Shown here: in pieces, positions 8,120 to 17,562 of the stretch | Layout: each line of letters opens with the position of its first letter | Position numbering within the stretch: position 1 is the first letter of the stretch | NCBI GenBank assembly: GCA_038247415.1 | Contig: JBBRUX010000055.1 | Span: 1 to 23,704, forward strand | From: Chitinivibrionales bacterium | GTDB lineage: Bacteria > Fibrobacterota > Chitinivibrionia > Chitinivibrionales > WJKA01 | Length of the DNA stretch: 23,704 nucleotides | Direction of reading: 5' to 3' | The notes under the pieces: model-generated | Told to the model about the DNA's origin: nothing | Seen by the model: the letters and a program-made list of their open reading frames with translations, nothing else | The model's database searches: none | Made by a program: the position numbers and the translations under genes

Positions 8120-9106
8120 ATGCACAATGGAATATGGATTAGCTGGGAAATACAACGTCGCAACAAAGGCATTGCAGAGCACTTGAAATGGCCGCTCTAT
8201 GAAATTGACATAAAAAAAACACGCATACAGCGCTACCTCGAATCCCTTTCACAAACATTTTCGATCATTAGGCATAATAAACCGCGCGTCGTAGTCGCCC
8301 AAAACCCGTCCATTGTTCTTGCTATCTGGATGACACTGCTTGCACCATTTCTAAGATTTTCTTTTGTCATGGATGCACATAATGGAGGATTACGCCCTCA
8401 AGAAGGGAAAAATCCGCTGCTTTTGGCCATTGCCCGATGGCTCCAACGCCAAGCACGCTATACTATTGTGACAAATCCAGACCTAAAGACCGTTGTTGAC
8501 AAACAAGGCGGAAGGGCATTGTGCCTTCCCGATGCCCTTCCAATCATTCAAAAGCATGACCCCCTGCCTTTAGACGGAACATTTAAAGTAGTATTCATTT
8601 GTACCTATAGCGCCGATGAACCCTATAGCGAAGTTATTGCAGCGGCAGCCGAATTGCCCCAACATTACCGTGTTTATATAACGGGAAAATATGCGGGAAA
8701 AGTCGATCCTGCTAAGGTACCCGCAACAGTGCGGCTTTTAGGATTTGTGCCCGACAAAGATTTTTTTGGACTTTTAGCTGCTGCAGATGCAATCATGGAT
8801 TTAACAACACGAGAAAACTGTCTTGTGTGCGGGGCATACGAAGGCGTTTCGATGCACAAACCACTTATTCTCTCTAACACCAAAGCGCTTAGAACGTATT
8901 TTTACAAAGGCTGCACGTATGTAAATCCGAATGCAGCATCTATCAAAGATGGTATTCTGGATGCTGCCCAAAGAATTGAACTTCTTAAAAGCGATGTTAC
9001 CCTACTAGAAGCAGAAATACAAACGAGTTGGAATAAGGATTTTGCTGCATTTAAAGAAGCACTTGAGCCATTGCTTAATAAACCTTCAGCAAAAAGCACA
9101 CAATGA
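8120..9106 (+). CDS. Glycosyltransferase (GT-B, GT4-like)
   Basis: VAQNPS, MDAHN, TYSADEP, LVCGAYEGVSMHKPLILS donor-binding region. Confidence 0.85.
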   Translation: MHNGIWISWEIQRRNKGIAEHLKWPLYEIDIKKTRIQRYLESLSQTFSIIRHNKPRVVVAQNPSIVLAIWMTLLAPFLRFSFVMDAHNGGLRPQEGKNPLLLAIARWLQRQARYTIVTNPDLKTVVDKQGGRALCLPDALPIIQKHDPLPLDGTFKVVFICTYSADEPYSEVIAAAAELPQHYRVYITGKYAGKVDPAKVPATVRLLGFVPDKDFFGLLAAADAIMDLTTRENCLVCGAYEGVSMHKPLILSNTKALRTYFYKGCTYVNPNAASIKDGILDAAQRIELLKSDVTLLEAEIQTSWNKDFAAFKEALEPLLNKPSAKSTQ

Positions 9107-10182
9107 CAAAAATTTGTCATATTATATCCGGAGACCTGTGGGCTGGGGCAGAAGTAATGGCGTACGGACTTATAACGACGCTTTCAAAAAACAGCGCCAT
9201 CTCGGTTATGGCGATTGTTCTTAACAAAGGAACTTTGTATACAAAATTATGCGACGCAGGAATCCAAACATATTTAATCGATGAATCCGCATCATTATTT
9301 GCCTCGGTACTCAAACAGATTCGGATAATTGTTCGCGATAATACCATCACTATTCTTCATGCGCATCGCTATAAAGAAAATCTTCTTGCTTTATGCGTTA
9401 AGCTTTTAGGCGCTCGGGTAAAACTTATCACAACACAACATGGGCTCCCCGAGCAGACCACAGCGCTTAAATCTCGCATTGTGCACACACTCAATTTTTT
9501 TATACTGTCCCGCTTTTTTTATTCAACGGTAGCGGTGTCCAATGACATTTACAAATGGTTTCTTACCAAAAGGCATTTTTCTAAAAAAAAGTGCGCCCTT
9601 ATTCATAATGGCATCGCATTACCACCTGTGCTACCCACAAATCAACAACCACTGCAGTTTATTATTGGATCTGCTGGGCGCTTCATGCCAGTCAAAAATT
9701 ATGCCCTTCTTATCGAAATCGCCCGACTGTGCAAGCCTTATACAAATATAAGCTTCTGGCTTGCAGGAGATGGCCTTCTTAAACCAGACTTGCTGGCACT
9801 TGTCAATTATTATGGGCTTTCTGACTCATTCAAATTTCTTGGTCATAAATCCGATCTAACCGATTTTTATGCGCAGATAAACCTCTTTATAAACACCTCT
9901 CTTCACGAAGGTATCCCCATGAGTATCCTAGAGGCGATGTCTTTTGGAAAACCTGTAATTGGTTCAAAAACCGGAGGGATTGTAGAAATAATTTCTGAAG
10001 GAGAGAATGGATTTCTCGTTGATACGAGCGATACGCAAGGCTTTGCCAACCGATGCATTGACCTGGCATCAAACCCCGCAAAGACGCTACAGTTAGGCGA
10101 GCGCGCCAGAAAAACAATCGAAGAACACTTTTCGATTGACGCATGCGCAATTAAATACGCACTGCTTTACGCCGGTCGTTGA
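9103..10182 (+). CDS. Glycosyltransferase family 4
   Basis: GDLWAGAE, HAHRYK, IHNGI, AGRFMPVKN, SLHEGIPMSILEAMSFGKPVI (E-x7-E); ATGA overlap with the upstream gene. Confidence 0.92.
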   Translation: MTKICHIISGDLWAGAEVMAYGLITTLSKNSAISVMAIVLNKGTLYTKLCDAGIQTYLIDESASLFASVLKQIRIIVRDNTITILHAHRYKENLLALCVKLLGARVKLITTQHGLPEQTTALKSRIVHTLNFFILSRFFYSTVAVSNDIYKWFLTKRHFSKKKCALIHNGIALPPVLPTNQQPLQFIIGSAGRFMPVKNYALLIEIARLCKPYTNISFWLAGDGLLKPDLLALVNYYGLSDSFKFLGHKSDLTDFYAQINLFINTSLHEGIPMSILEAMSFGKPVIGSKTGGIVEIISEGENGFLVDTSDTQGFANRCIDLASNPAKTLQLGERARKTIEEHFSIDACAIKYALLYAGR

Positions 10183-10221
10183 GCGTGTCGAAACGAAATG
10201 TTCAGAGCGCGGTTTTGTAAG

Positions 10222-12435
10222 CTATCTTTTCCACTTCAATACCATTACTGACAAGGGCGGAATCGTCAGATCTAATGAATGGGATTGACCATGTGTTGGG
10301 ATCCCATCTGCATGCTTGCCCCCTAAATTGCCGTACCCTGCACCGCCGTAGATAGACGCATCGGAATTGAGAATCTCTTCGTAGAACCCGCCATGCGGTA
10401 CGCCAACACGATAATTGTGTCGTGGGTTTGGGGTAAAGTTACAGACAAAGAGGAGCATATTATGCCAATCATTTCCCGTTCTGGTAAACGCGATAATAGA
10501 ATTTGCAGCATCGGAAAAATCGATCCAGGAAAATCCGCTATTATCAAAATCTTTTTCCCACAAAGCAGATTCCTGCTTATACATCTTATTACAATCGGCT
10601 ACGTATGCCTGCAATCCACTATGATGAAAGGCGTCATCATCGTGGGCTAACACATTCCACGTAATCGACTGCTGTGCATCCCATTCCCAGTGAGAGCCAA
10701 ATTCGGTTCCCATAAACATTAATTTTTTTCCGGGATGGCCAAACATGAAACCAAAAAAAGCTCTATTATTTGCAAATTTTCTCCAAGGATCTCCGGGCAT
10801 TTTTTCTAAAAGGCTTTTCTTGCCATGCACTACTTCATCGTGCGAAATAACAAGCATGAAATTTTCTGTAAAGGCATACCAGAGTCCAAAGGTAATCTGG
10901 TTCTGATGATATACTCTGTAAACAGGATCCTTAGAAAAATAGGAGAGCATATCATGCATCCATCCCATATTCCATTTAAAGGTAAATCCTAATCCCCCAA
11001 GATAGGTAGGTCGGGAAACCATAGGCCATGAGGTAGACTCTTCGGCAATAGTTATTGCACCAGGGAAACGCTCATGTACTAATCGATTCATGGTTTGCAA
11101 AAAGTGAACAGCTTCGAGATTTTCTGCTCCTCCATGAATGTTAGGAATCCACTCGCCATCGTTACGGGAATAATTGCGATAGAGCATAGAAGCTACAGCG
11201 TCAACGCGTATACCATCGATATGAAATTTCTCGCACCAGAAGAGCGCGTTTGCAACCAGGAAATTTCTCACTTCGTTTCTGCCAACATTAAATATGAGCG
11301 TACCCCAGTCTTTATGCTCTCCTTCGCGAGGATCGGCGTGCTCGTATAAATTGGTTCCATCAAATTGCGCAAGCCCAAATGTATCCTTAGGAAAATGCGC
11401 GGGCACCCAATCTATAATTACACTAATTCCTTGATTATGCATATAGTCAACAAAATATTGAAATTCGGCTGGCGAGCCAAACCGATGATTAGGCGCATAA
11501 AAGCCCCCAACCTGATATCCCCACGAAGGCACATACGGATGATCTTGAATAGGAAGAAGTTCTATGTGAGTATAGCCCATCTCAAGTACATATTCGGCAA
11601 GCTGATGTGCCAATTCGCGATACGAAAGCCAGTCCCCGTGAATATCTGGCCCGGTTTTTCGCCACGAACCAAGATGCACTTCGTAAATACTTATGGGGCA
11701 ATTAAGCCGATCGGTTTTTGCACGGCGTGCAAGCCACTCGCTATCTTCCCACACATAGGCATCGAGATTATACACGATAGACCCATGATTAGTTGGAGCT
11801 TCTTGACAATATCCATACGGATCGGTTTTTAAAATAAGATGATCGCGATCGTGTTTTTTAATCTCATATTTATACACGGCGCCTTCTGTCAACCCTGGAA
11901 TAAAAAGCTCCCACACACCACTTGCACCTAATTTACGCATCGGATGCCGTCGTCCATCCCAGGTATTAAAATTGCCAACAACCGATACTCGTTTTGCACT
12001 TGGTGCCCACACAGCAAAAACAACACCCTCAACACTATCAAGAGTTCGTACATGCGATCCAAGGTCATCATAAACGCGTTCGTAGTTGCCTTCGTTGAAA
12101 AGATAGCGAGCTTCTTCGGTCATAACCGGCAAAAAAGAGTATGGGTCTGCCAGAGTTACTACCACGTTATCGGGATATGTCGTTTCGAGAAGATAGGAAA
12201 AAATCTTTTTTCGCTTAGGCCATACCTTTTCAAAAATGCCATCGGGGTGAGAACACTCTAGAGTATCAACTTTTTTATGTGTTGTCCTATCGATAATTGC
12301 AATGCTTTGTGCCCCAGGTCTCCAGACACGCACGCACAGGCCCGCAGAACTACAATGCATTCCAAGAACATCAAAGGGATCGCTGAGCTCATTGTATCGT
12401 ATCTGATTGATTTCTACTTCGGTGAGCATGTGCAT
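10222..12435 (-). CDS. glgB: 1,4-alpha-glucan branching enzyme
   Basis: GH13 motifs YEVHLGSW, SWGYQ, RVDAVASMLY, AEEST, KWNMGWMHD, SHDEVVHGK; start at ATG 12435 chosen for AAGGA 9 nt upstream (12441 and 12429 are alternatives). Confidence 0.97.
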   Translation of the reverse strand: MHMLTEVEINQIRYNELSDPFDVLGMHCSSAGLCVRVWRPGAQSIAIIDRTTHKKVDTLECSHPDGIFEKVWPKRKKIFSYLLETTYPDNVVVTLADPYSFLPVMTEEARYLFNEGNYERVYDDLGSHVRTLDSVEGVVFAVWAPSAKRVSVVGNFNTWDGRRHPMRKLGASGVWELFIPGLTEGAVYKYEIKKHDRDHLILKTDPYGYCQEAPTNHGSIVYNLDAYVWEDSEWLARRAKTDRLNCPISIYEVHLGSWRKTGPDIHGDWLSYRELAHQLAEYVLEMGYTHIELLPIQDHPYVPSWGYQVGGFYAPNHRFGSPAEFQYFVDYMHNQGISVIIDWVPAHFPKDTFGLAQFDGTNLYEHADPREGEHKDWGTLIFNVGRNEVRNFLVANALFWCEKFHIDGIRVDAVASMLYRNYSRNDGEWIPNIHGGAENLEAVHFLQTMNRLVHERFPGAITIAEESTSWPMVSRPTYLGGLGFTFKWNMGWMHDMLSYFSKDPVYRVYHQNQITFGLWYAFTENFMLVISHDEVVHGKKSLLEKMPGDPWRKFANNRAFFGFMFGHPGKKLMFMGTEFGSHWEWDAQQSITWNVLAHDDDAFHHSGLQAYVADCNKMYKQESALWEKDFDNSGFSWIDFSDAANSIIAFTRTGNDWHNMLLFVCNFTPNPRHNYRVGVPHGGFYEEILNSDASIYGGAGYGNLGGKHADGIPTHGQSHSLDLTIPPLSVMVLKWKR

Positions 12436-12715
12436 GAGCAATATTCCTTAGCAGCGTAAAAATGGTTATGCCAGGTAGACCGTTATGACCTATGAATTGT
12501 ACATCTGCGATTCTTTGCGTTCAACTACGGTGTTCTTCTTGGCTTAAGAACTCCTAATTATTCTTAATAGGTATTCCAGAAATATAGTCTATTTCCTCTG
12601 GCAGATCGGTTGTTCATTCTTAAAAAGACTCACTGAAGCCCTCTTTAATTGATTGCAGATCGTGCAAAATGAGGCCAATTCTTGCTGATGATTTTTATTT
12701 AAGCTATTTTAATAA

Positions 12716-12754
12716 ACACTATATCTTGTAGTGTGACATTTTTGTTACACTATA
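12716..12754 (+). promoter_or_regulatory. NrdR-box-like site plus a second half-site
   Basis: ACACTATATCTTGTAG (12716-12731) versus consensus acaCwAtATaTwGtgt; ACACTATA recurs 31 bp later at 12747-12754, just upstream of nrdR. Confidence 0.65.
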
Positions 12755-12777
12755 ACCAACCAGAAGGAACCTGATCT

Positions 12778-13263
12778 ATGAAATGTCCCTATTGTGCCTA
12801 CGAGCAGGACAAGGTGGTCGATTCCCGTTCGAGCAAGGAAGGTCGGGCTGTACGCCGCCGGCGCGAATGTTTAAAATGCGAGAAAAGATTTACAACATAC
12901 GAATACATAGAAACAGCGCCGCTTACAATTATCAAAAACGATCAGCGCCGCGAACCATTCGATCGACAAAAGCTGCTCTCGGGCATCGAGATGGCATGCA
13001 AAAAACGACCCATCAGCAAAAAGCAAGTTGAAGCAGTGGTCGATCGCATTTCCGATATCCTCGAAAAACTTTCGAAGCTCGAAGTCCCAAGCTCCGATCT
13101 TGGCAAGCTTGTGATGAGCGAACTCTACAAACTCGATGAAGTCGCGTATGTCAGATTTGCATCTGTCTATCGCAAATTCAAAGACAAAGATGCCTTTGTG
13201 TCTGAAATTAGTGGCATGGAAGCAAAACCCGAAGATGAGACAGTGGCGCTGCTTAACAACTAG
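12778..13263 (+). CDS. nrdR: Transcriptional repressor NrdR
   Basis: MKCPYC..DKVVDSR..VRRRRECLKCEKRFTTYE zinc ribbon, ATP cone, DEVAYVRFASVYRKF. Confidence 0.98.
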   Translation: MKCPYCAYEQDKVVDSRSSKEGRAVRRRRECLKCEKRFTTYEYIETAPLTIIKNDQRREPFDRQKLLSGIEMACKKRPISKKQVEAVVDRISDILEKLSKLEVPSSDLGKLVMSELYKLDEVAYVRFASVYRKFKDKDAFVSEISGMEAKPEDETVALLNN

Positions 13264-13321
13264 GACGAGTGTCCACAATGTCTTAGTTGAAACTTATAAG
13301 CACTGCTGAGAAATTTAATGT

Positions 13322-13363
13322 GCCCGAAGGAGGAGCAATCTTCCCGGGCTCTTTTTATTTTTT
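13322..13363 (+). terminator. Intrinsic terminator after nrdR
   Basis: GCCCG-aa-GGAGGA-GCAA-TCTTCC-CGGGC hairpin followed by TCTTTTTATTTTTT. Confidence 0.75.
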
Positions 13364-13609
13364 CCTTGTAAATAGGGCTATTGTTTACAAGTAATATTAG
13401 GCCGCACCTTGCATGCGATCCCTCAGCGAGCCACTTTTAAACATTGTCTGAAACATAATTCGCTTGATTAAAGGATTAGCATGATTTCTTTTTGATGCAA
13501 AGAGCCTTTAAGATATTTCAAGTCAGCTTTGCGGTGTGGGGCAAACGTAAACCATGGGGATTCCTGTGCCAAAGAAACTCAACTCCGGATTCTTGGTGGA
13601 GAAGCGCAT

Positions 13610-13840
13610 ATGAATGCTGAAAACAAACTTCAGGCTGAGACCCTTATCAAGTTGGCAAATTACCGCATGCCATTTGGACGATATGCTACTATACGTTTGA
13701 TTGAAATACCGGAAGAATACTTTATTTGGTTTTGCCGAAAAGGCTTTCCCCACGGTGAATTAGGGAAATTCATGTCTATGATGTTGGAAATAAAAACAAA
13801 TGGGCTTGAGCATCTCCTTGTGCCTTTAAAACAACCATGA
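13610..13840 (+). CDS. DUF3820-like small conserved protein
   Basis: LIKLANYRMPFGRY...LIEIPEEYFIWF.RKGFPHGELG..M..MLEIKTNGLEHLL; GGAG RBS before ATG 13610. Confidence 0.85.
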   Translation: MNAENKLQAETLIKLANYRMPFGRYATIRLIEIPEEYFIWFCRKGFPHGELGKFMSMMLEIKTNGLEHLLVPLKQP

Positions 13841-14132
13841 AATCGAGTACATTTCTCGTTGCCCTTATGCGTCTTGCCCAGACCTTCGAGACCTGTATCT
13901 GATTTTCAGCCCCCAAGATAAACCCTGCCCGAAACGTCCAATGTCCCTGTGCCTTTTCCTTGACTTTAGGCTCTACTGCAGCTATTTTGAAGAAAGAGGA
14001 TTTCTTCATGGCTCGACCTACCCCAAAGAAATCAAACTTCCTATCAACTATTCCCAGGAGCGATGCATCCGGCCTCAGAACATCCCAGCAGTCGTCGAAT
14101 TCTTTTCGCTTAACCATAACTAGGAGATATCC

Positions 14133-14318
14133 ATGACAATTCTCTTTATCCTCGGTTCCCGCAATCCGAACGGCCAAACCGCGCGCGCAGCACAGGCCTT
14201 GGCCGATGGCGTCAAAGGCTTGGGAGGTACCGCAGACGTGGGTCGTCGTGAGTCACCTTGTGAAGACTATGGGTTAAACCTAGGGGTAGAAACGGGATCG
14301 ACAACAAGCAGGATCTAA
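14133..14318 (+). pseudogene. N-terminal remnant of a flavodoxin-like / NADPH-dependent FMN reductase protein
   Basis: AGGAG RBS; MTILFILGSRNPNGQTARAAQALADGV matches the flavodoxin-fold phosphate-binding loop (GS.R..G.T) and first helix; similarity ends after about 35 aa. Confidence 0.65.
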
Positions 14319-14330
14319 AAGATGGAAATA

Positions 14331-14367
14331 AAAAAACCTCAGGTGCATAATGCTCCTGAGGTTTTTT
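14331..14367. terminator. Bidirectional intrinsic terminator
   Basis: AAAAAACCTCAGG-tGCA-TAA-TGCt-CCTGAGGTTTTTT between convergent genes. Confidence 0.88.
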
Positions 14368-14389
14368 AAATGTGCCTGTAACGAATGTA

Positions 14390-14605
14390 TTAGCCGAGGG
14401 CAATAATGCTCCCGCTGAGGGTAAGCGCATCGGAGAAGTCTTCTTTGAAATAATGAAAACCTTGATCATCGTTAGAATAAAAGCTTGATGCTTCATCGTT
14501 AAAGAACGTGCGTAGCGCTCCCTCTTGATCGGCAGCTTCGATAATACGATGCCGCAATGGCGTGGTGTCGGTTGGGGCTACAAACGCAACAGAAAATTTC
14601 GGCAT
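14390..14605 (-). CDS. Small acidic hypothetical protein (71 aa)
   Basis: AAGGAG RBS, upstream GTTATTTT motif and downstream terminator; no family recognised. Confidence 0.72.
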   Translation of the reverse strand: MPKFSVAFVAPTDTTPLRHRIIEAADQEGALRTFFNDEASSFYSNDDQGFHYFKEDFSDALTLSGSIIALG

Positions 14606-14727
14606 ATTAATTTCTCCTTCTTGGTATCAACGGTGCTGCATACGATGCGCATCTGAACTATATTTCCTTTTTAAAATAACATATTAACTCGACCTATCCA
14701 ACCAAAATCTACGAAAACGCAAAAAAA

Positions 14728-16203
14728 ATGATAAAAAATCCAACGAAGCTCTTTATTTATACCGTGTTTCTAGCAGTGGTCTCCCATGCAGGAATCAATC
14801 CTTCCCGCATAAGCTCTCTTATAACAGCCGAACGTCCTGCGGGAAGCACCATATCGGTAGCCTTTGGCAAAGTTGATGCAGATAGTCTCGATTATTCATT
14901 TTCACCCGATCTAGCCCTTAATCCTGCGTCGGTAACAAAACTTGCTACTGCAGCGGCCGCTCTCACAACCTTTGGTACAACCTTTACCTGTTCAACGCGT
15001 GTATTTATAGAGGGCATCTGGAAAAGCGACTCATCGCTTGTATTAGGAAAAGTCTATATTGTTGGAAGCGGAGACCCAACCTTCACTGCCGAAAGGCTGT
15101 GGCTTTTTTGCAGGCAACTTCGTTTGCGCGGAATAAAGACTATTGTAGGAGACGTTGTTTTTGATGACCGTTTTTTTGATGGAACCATATGCGGTCCAGG
15201 ATTTGGGGAAGACCAGAGCAGCCGAGCCTATGAGGCACCTATAGGGTCGCTTTCGTCAAGCTTTAATACGCTTTCGGTTGTGGTGAGGCCATCCATCGCA
15301 CCCGGTGCCCGGCTTATTGCCGAACTCTTTCCCCCAGTTCCGGGTGTAATTATTGTCAACAGGGGAACTACAACCTCATCGTCAAGTACAACACCCCTGT
15401 CCATTCTCAGTGGGAGCGGAGCCTTATCAGACACTCTCATTATCGATGGGACCATGGCACTCAAAGACTCTCCTCGGTTTATTTTTCGCAGAGCATCTGC
15501 ACCAACGCGCAATTTTATGGCAACCTTTAAAGCATTCTGTGCAGAAAACGCCATCACCATTTCTGGAGGTTTACGCAGCGGAACGATCCCCGACTCAATT
15601 GCCGCAAAGAAACCATTTTACATATTTGAATCGGAACCAATCACCACCACAATTTCTGCAATGTTTAAATACTCATCAAACTTTGCTGCAGAAATGCTCT
15701 TTAAGCAATTAGGACACGCCGCCACGGGTGTTGGCTCATTTGAAAGCGGGGCTGTGGCTCTCTCGCGATTCTGGAAATCTGCGCATTTGCCTGGCATGCC
15801 GCGCCTAACCAACGGTTCTGGTATGGGCGATGCAAATAGAATATCTACTAATCAGGTTGTCTCGCTTTTGCGATATGCCTATGCGCAACAAGCATGGTTT
15901 CCAGAATATCAAAGCGCACTCTCGAATGCCGGAATAGATGGCACCGTCAAATCGCGCTTTAAAAACAGCCCACTTTTTGGAAACTTACGTGCAAAAACAG
16001 GGACGCTTAATTTTTATGGTATTTCTACTTTGGCAGGATACTTTCATGTTGGGCGAAGTGTTTATGCATTTGCCATTTTTGTAAATGGATCCAAAGCGAT
16101 CTATACTAAAAGCTGGACCTTACAGGAAAGAATTTTAGAAGCTTTTAGCAATGAGGTGCAGCTGGTGCCAAAAGCCCCGGAAGCTTCTCAATCGAATCGA
16201 TAA
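14728..16203 (+). CDS. dacB: D-alanyl-D-alanine carboxypeptidase/endopeptidase PBP4 (peptidase S13)
   Basis: Signal peptide; PASVTK (SxxK), GSGDPT, YSSNFAAE (SxN), NGSGM, AKTGTL (KTG). Confidence 0.93.
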   Translation: MIKNPTKLFIYTVFLAVVSHAGINPSRISSLITAERPAGSTISVAFGKVDADSLDYSFSPDLALNPASVTKLATAAAALTTFGTTFTCSTRVFIEGIWKSDSSLVLGKVYIVGSGDPTFTAERLWLFCRQLRLRGIKTIVGDVVFDDRFFDGTICGPGFGEDQSSRAYEAPIGSLSSSFNTLSVVVRPSIAPGARLIAELFPPVPGVIIVNRGTTTSSSSTTPLSILSGSGALSDTLIIDGTMALKDSPRFIFRRASAPTRNFMATFKAFCAENAITISGGLRSGTIPDSIAAKKPFYIFESEPITTTISAMFKYSSNFAAEMLFKQLGHAATGVGSFESGAVALSRFWKSAHLPGMPRLTNGSGMGDANRISTNQVVSLLRYAYAQQAWFPEYQSALSNAGIDGTVKSRFKNSPLFGNLRAKTGTLNFYGISTLAGYFHVGRSVYAFAIFVNGSKAIYTKSWTLQERILEAFSNEVQLVPKAPEASQSNR

Positions 16204-16504
16204 TATTAAATGTTCGATCGAGATTGGCATTTCTGAAGAGCTCTAGAATAAATCCTTCGGGAATCAGGAATACAAGATTGGTTCCAACTTCGTGAAGCAT
16301 TTTCCACGAGTAGACAAATACACCCAACCAATGGCTGTCAAGATAGGCTATTCCAGATAAGTCAACAACAACAGCAACAGGCTTTTTCGAAACGAATCCT
16401 TCGAGCTTTTTGGAAATCTGAATTGCATCTTCACTGGATATCTTACCCGATATTTCGAGTATTGTGATATCGCGTTCTTTTCTGATTTTTATTTTTATTC
16501 CCAT
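16145..16504 (-). CDS. STAS-domain anti-sigma factor antagonist
   Basis: ILEISGKI, VVVDLSGIAYLDSHWLGVFV, ELFRNANLDRTFNI. Confidence 0.88.
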   Translation of the reverse strand: MGIKIKIRKERDITILEISGKISSEDAIQISKKLEGFVSKKPVAVVVDLSGIAYLDSHWLGVFVYSWKMLHEVGTNLVFLIPEGFILELFRNANLDRTFNIIDSIEKLPGLLAPAAPHC

Positions 16505-16750
16505 AGCTTACATCCCGAAAAAGCGTATAAAGGCGCTCATCATTTACAAATAGAACTTACATACTACCATAAGTATACTCTGTGCGCAAGCCTAGTAGCA
16601 AGCTATTTTAGAGGGATCCCAGTTAAGGTGGCTTTCGAAAAACCTGAAAACTCCCCTTATTCCAATTCACATGGTATTCGCAGAAGCAATTGCTAGTCGG
16701 CCAATTGAAAAAATGCTGGCCGTGCTTCGCCACATAATGCGTGTAAGGTT

Positions 16751-17530
16751 CTAAAGATGTCCTTGCGGCCAATTCATGGGGGGAACTGGTGTAGCATTAA
16801 AGTAGAGCTTGATAAAGATACCAAACGCCTCTTCGAATTTAGCAGAATGAAGCGCATCGGGATCACGTTCAACATGGTCCAGGTCGGCTTTTTCCCATAC
16901 GTGGATCTGATATTTAAGTTCTTTTATAATAATTCTTAAGTATACGGTACGCATTTTGTCGGACTGCCATTGTGCAACGCGTGCATCCGAAAGCGGGGAA
17001 GAGAGGGAGACATTATACAAGGAATCTGGAACCAAAGCATAGGAAGGCAACAAAGTCTGAGAACATTTAGCCGATGAATATAAATAGAACAATCCCTTGA
17101 GAAATCGAGGCATATAGCCATCGAGATACCGACATTTTGCCCACTCTCCTTTCTGCAGGAGACCATCTAGATCGGTTAATGTTTCGGTAAAGGTCCAAAA
17201 AACTCGTTTGAGAATCTCCGCCTCAATAGAATTGACTTGGTAACCACGGGTTGGTGTCTCCTGATAAACCTTTGTCTCTCTACCGGTGCCTTGACTACGA
17301 ATGTAACTATCGTTGGTTGGCGTGATTACCCACCAATACTCTGGATTACCAAAAGAAACTCTTACGCCGGTTATGGAATCGGACTGATCTTCGATACACA
17401 ACGATAATTTAGCCAATTTGATGGGAAATTCTACGCGCTGCGCAAGAACCCCGAACACATTAACATTAATAATGAGGAGGAGTGCCACAGCCACGTGATG
17501 AAGTTTTCGGATGGATCTTAAGGTATTCAA
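16751..17530 (-). CDS. Exported hypothetical protein, paralogue B
   Basis: 259 aa, basic plus hydrophobic N-terminus; colinear with 17563-18288; TTG start uncertain. Confidence 0.82.
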   Translation of the reverse strand: MNTLRSIRKLHHVAVALLLIINVNVFGVLAQRVEFPIKLAKLSLCIEDQSDSITGVRVSFGNPEYWWVITPTNDSYIRSQGTGRETKVYQETPTRGYQVNSIEAEILKRVFWTFTETLTDLDGLLQKGEWAKCRYLDGYMPRFLKGLFYLYSSAKCSQTLLPSYALVPDSLYNVSLSSPLSDARVAQWQSDKMRTVYLRIIIKELKYQIHVWEKADLDHVERDPDALHSAKFEEAFGIFIKLYFNATPVPPMNWPQGHL

Positions 17531-17562
17531 CAGTTAAAAAGCACGCATTCCATTCGAAGGAG

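Noticed and set aside
13364..13609. Riboswitch or ncRNA upstream of the DUF3820-like gene (GGCAAAC seen)
   Set aside because: The remaining c-di-GMP-I or other riboswitch elements could not be found
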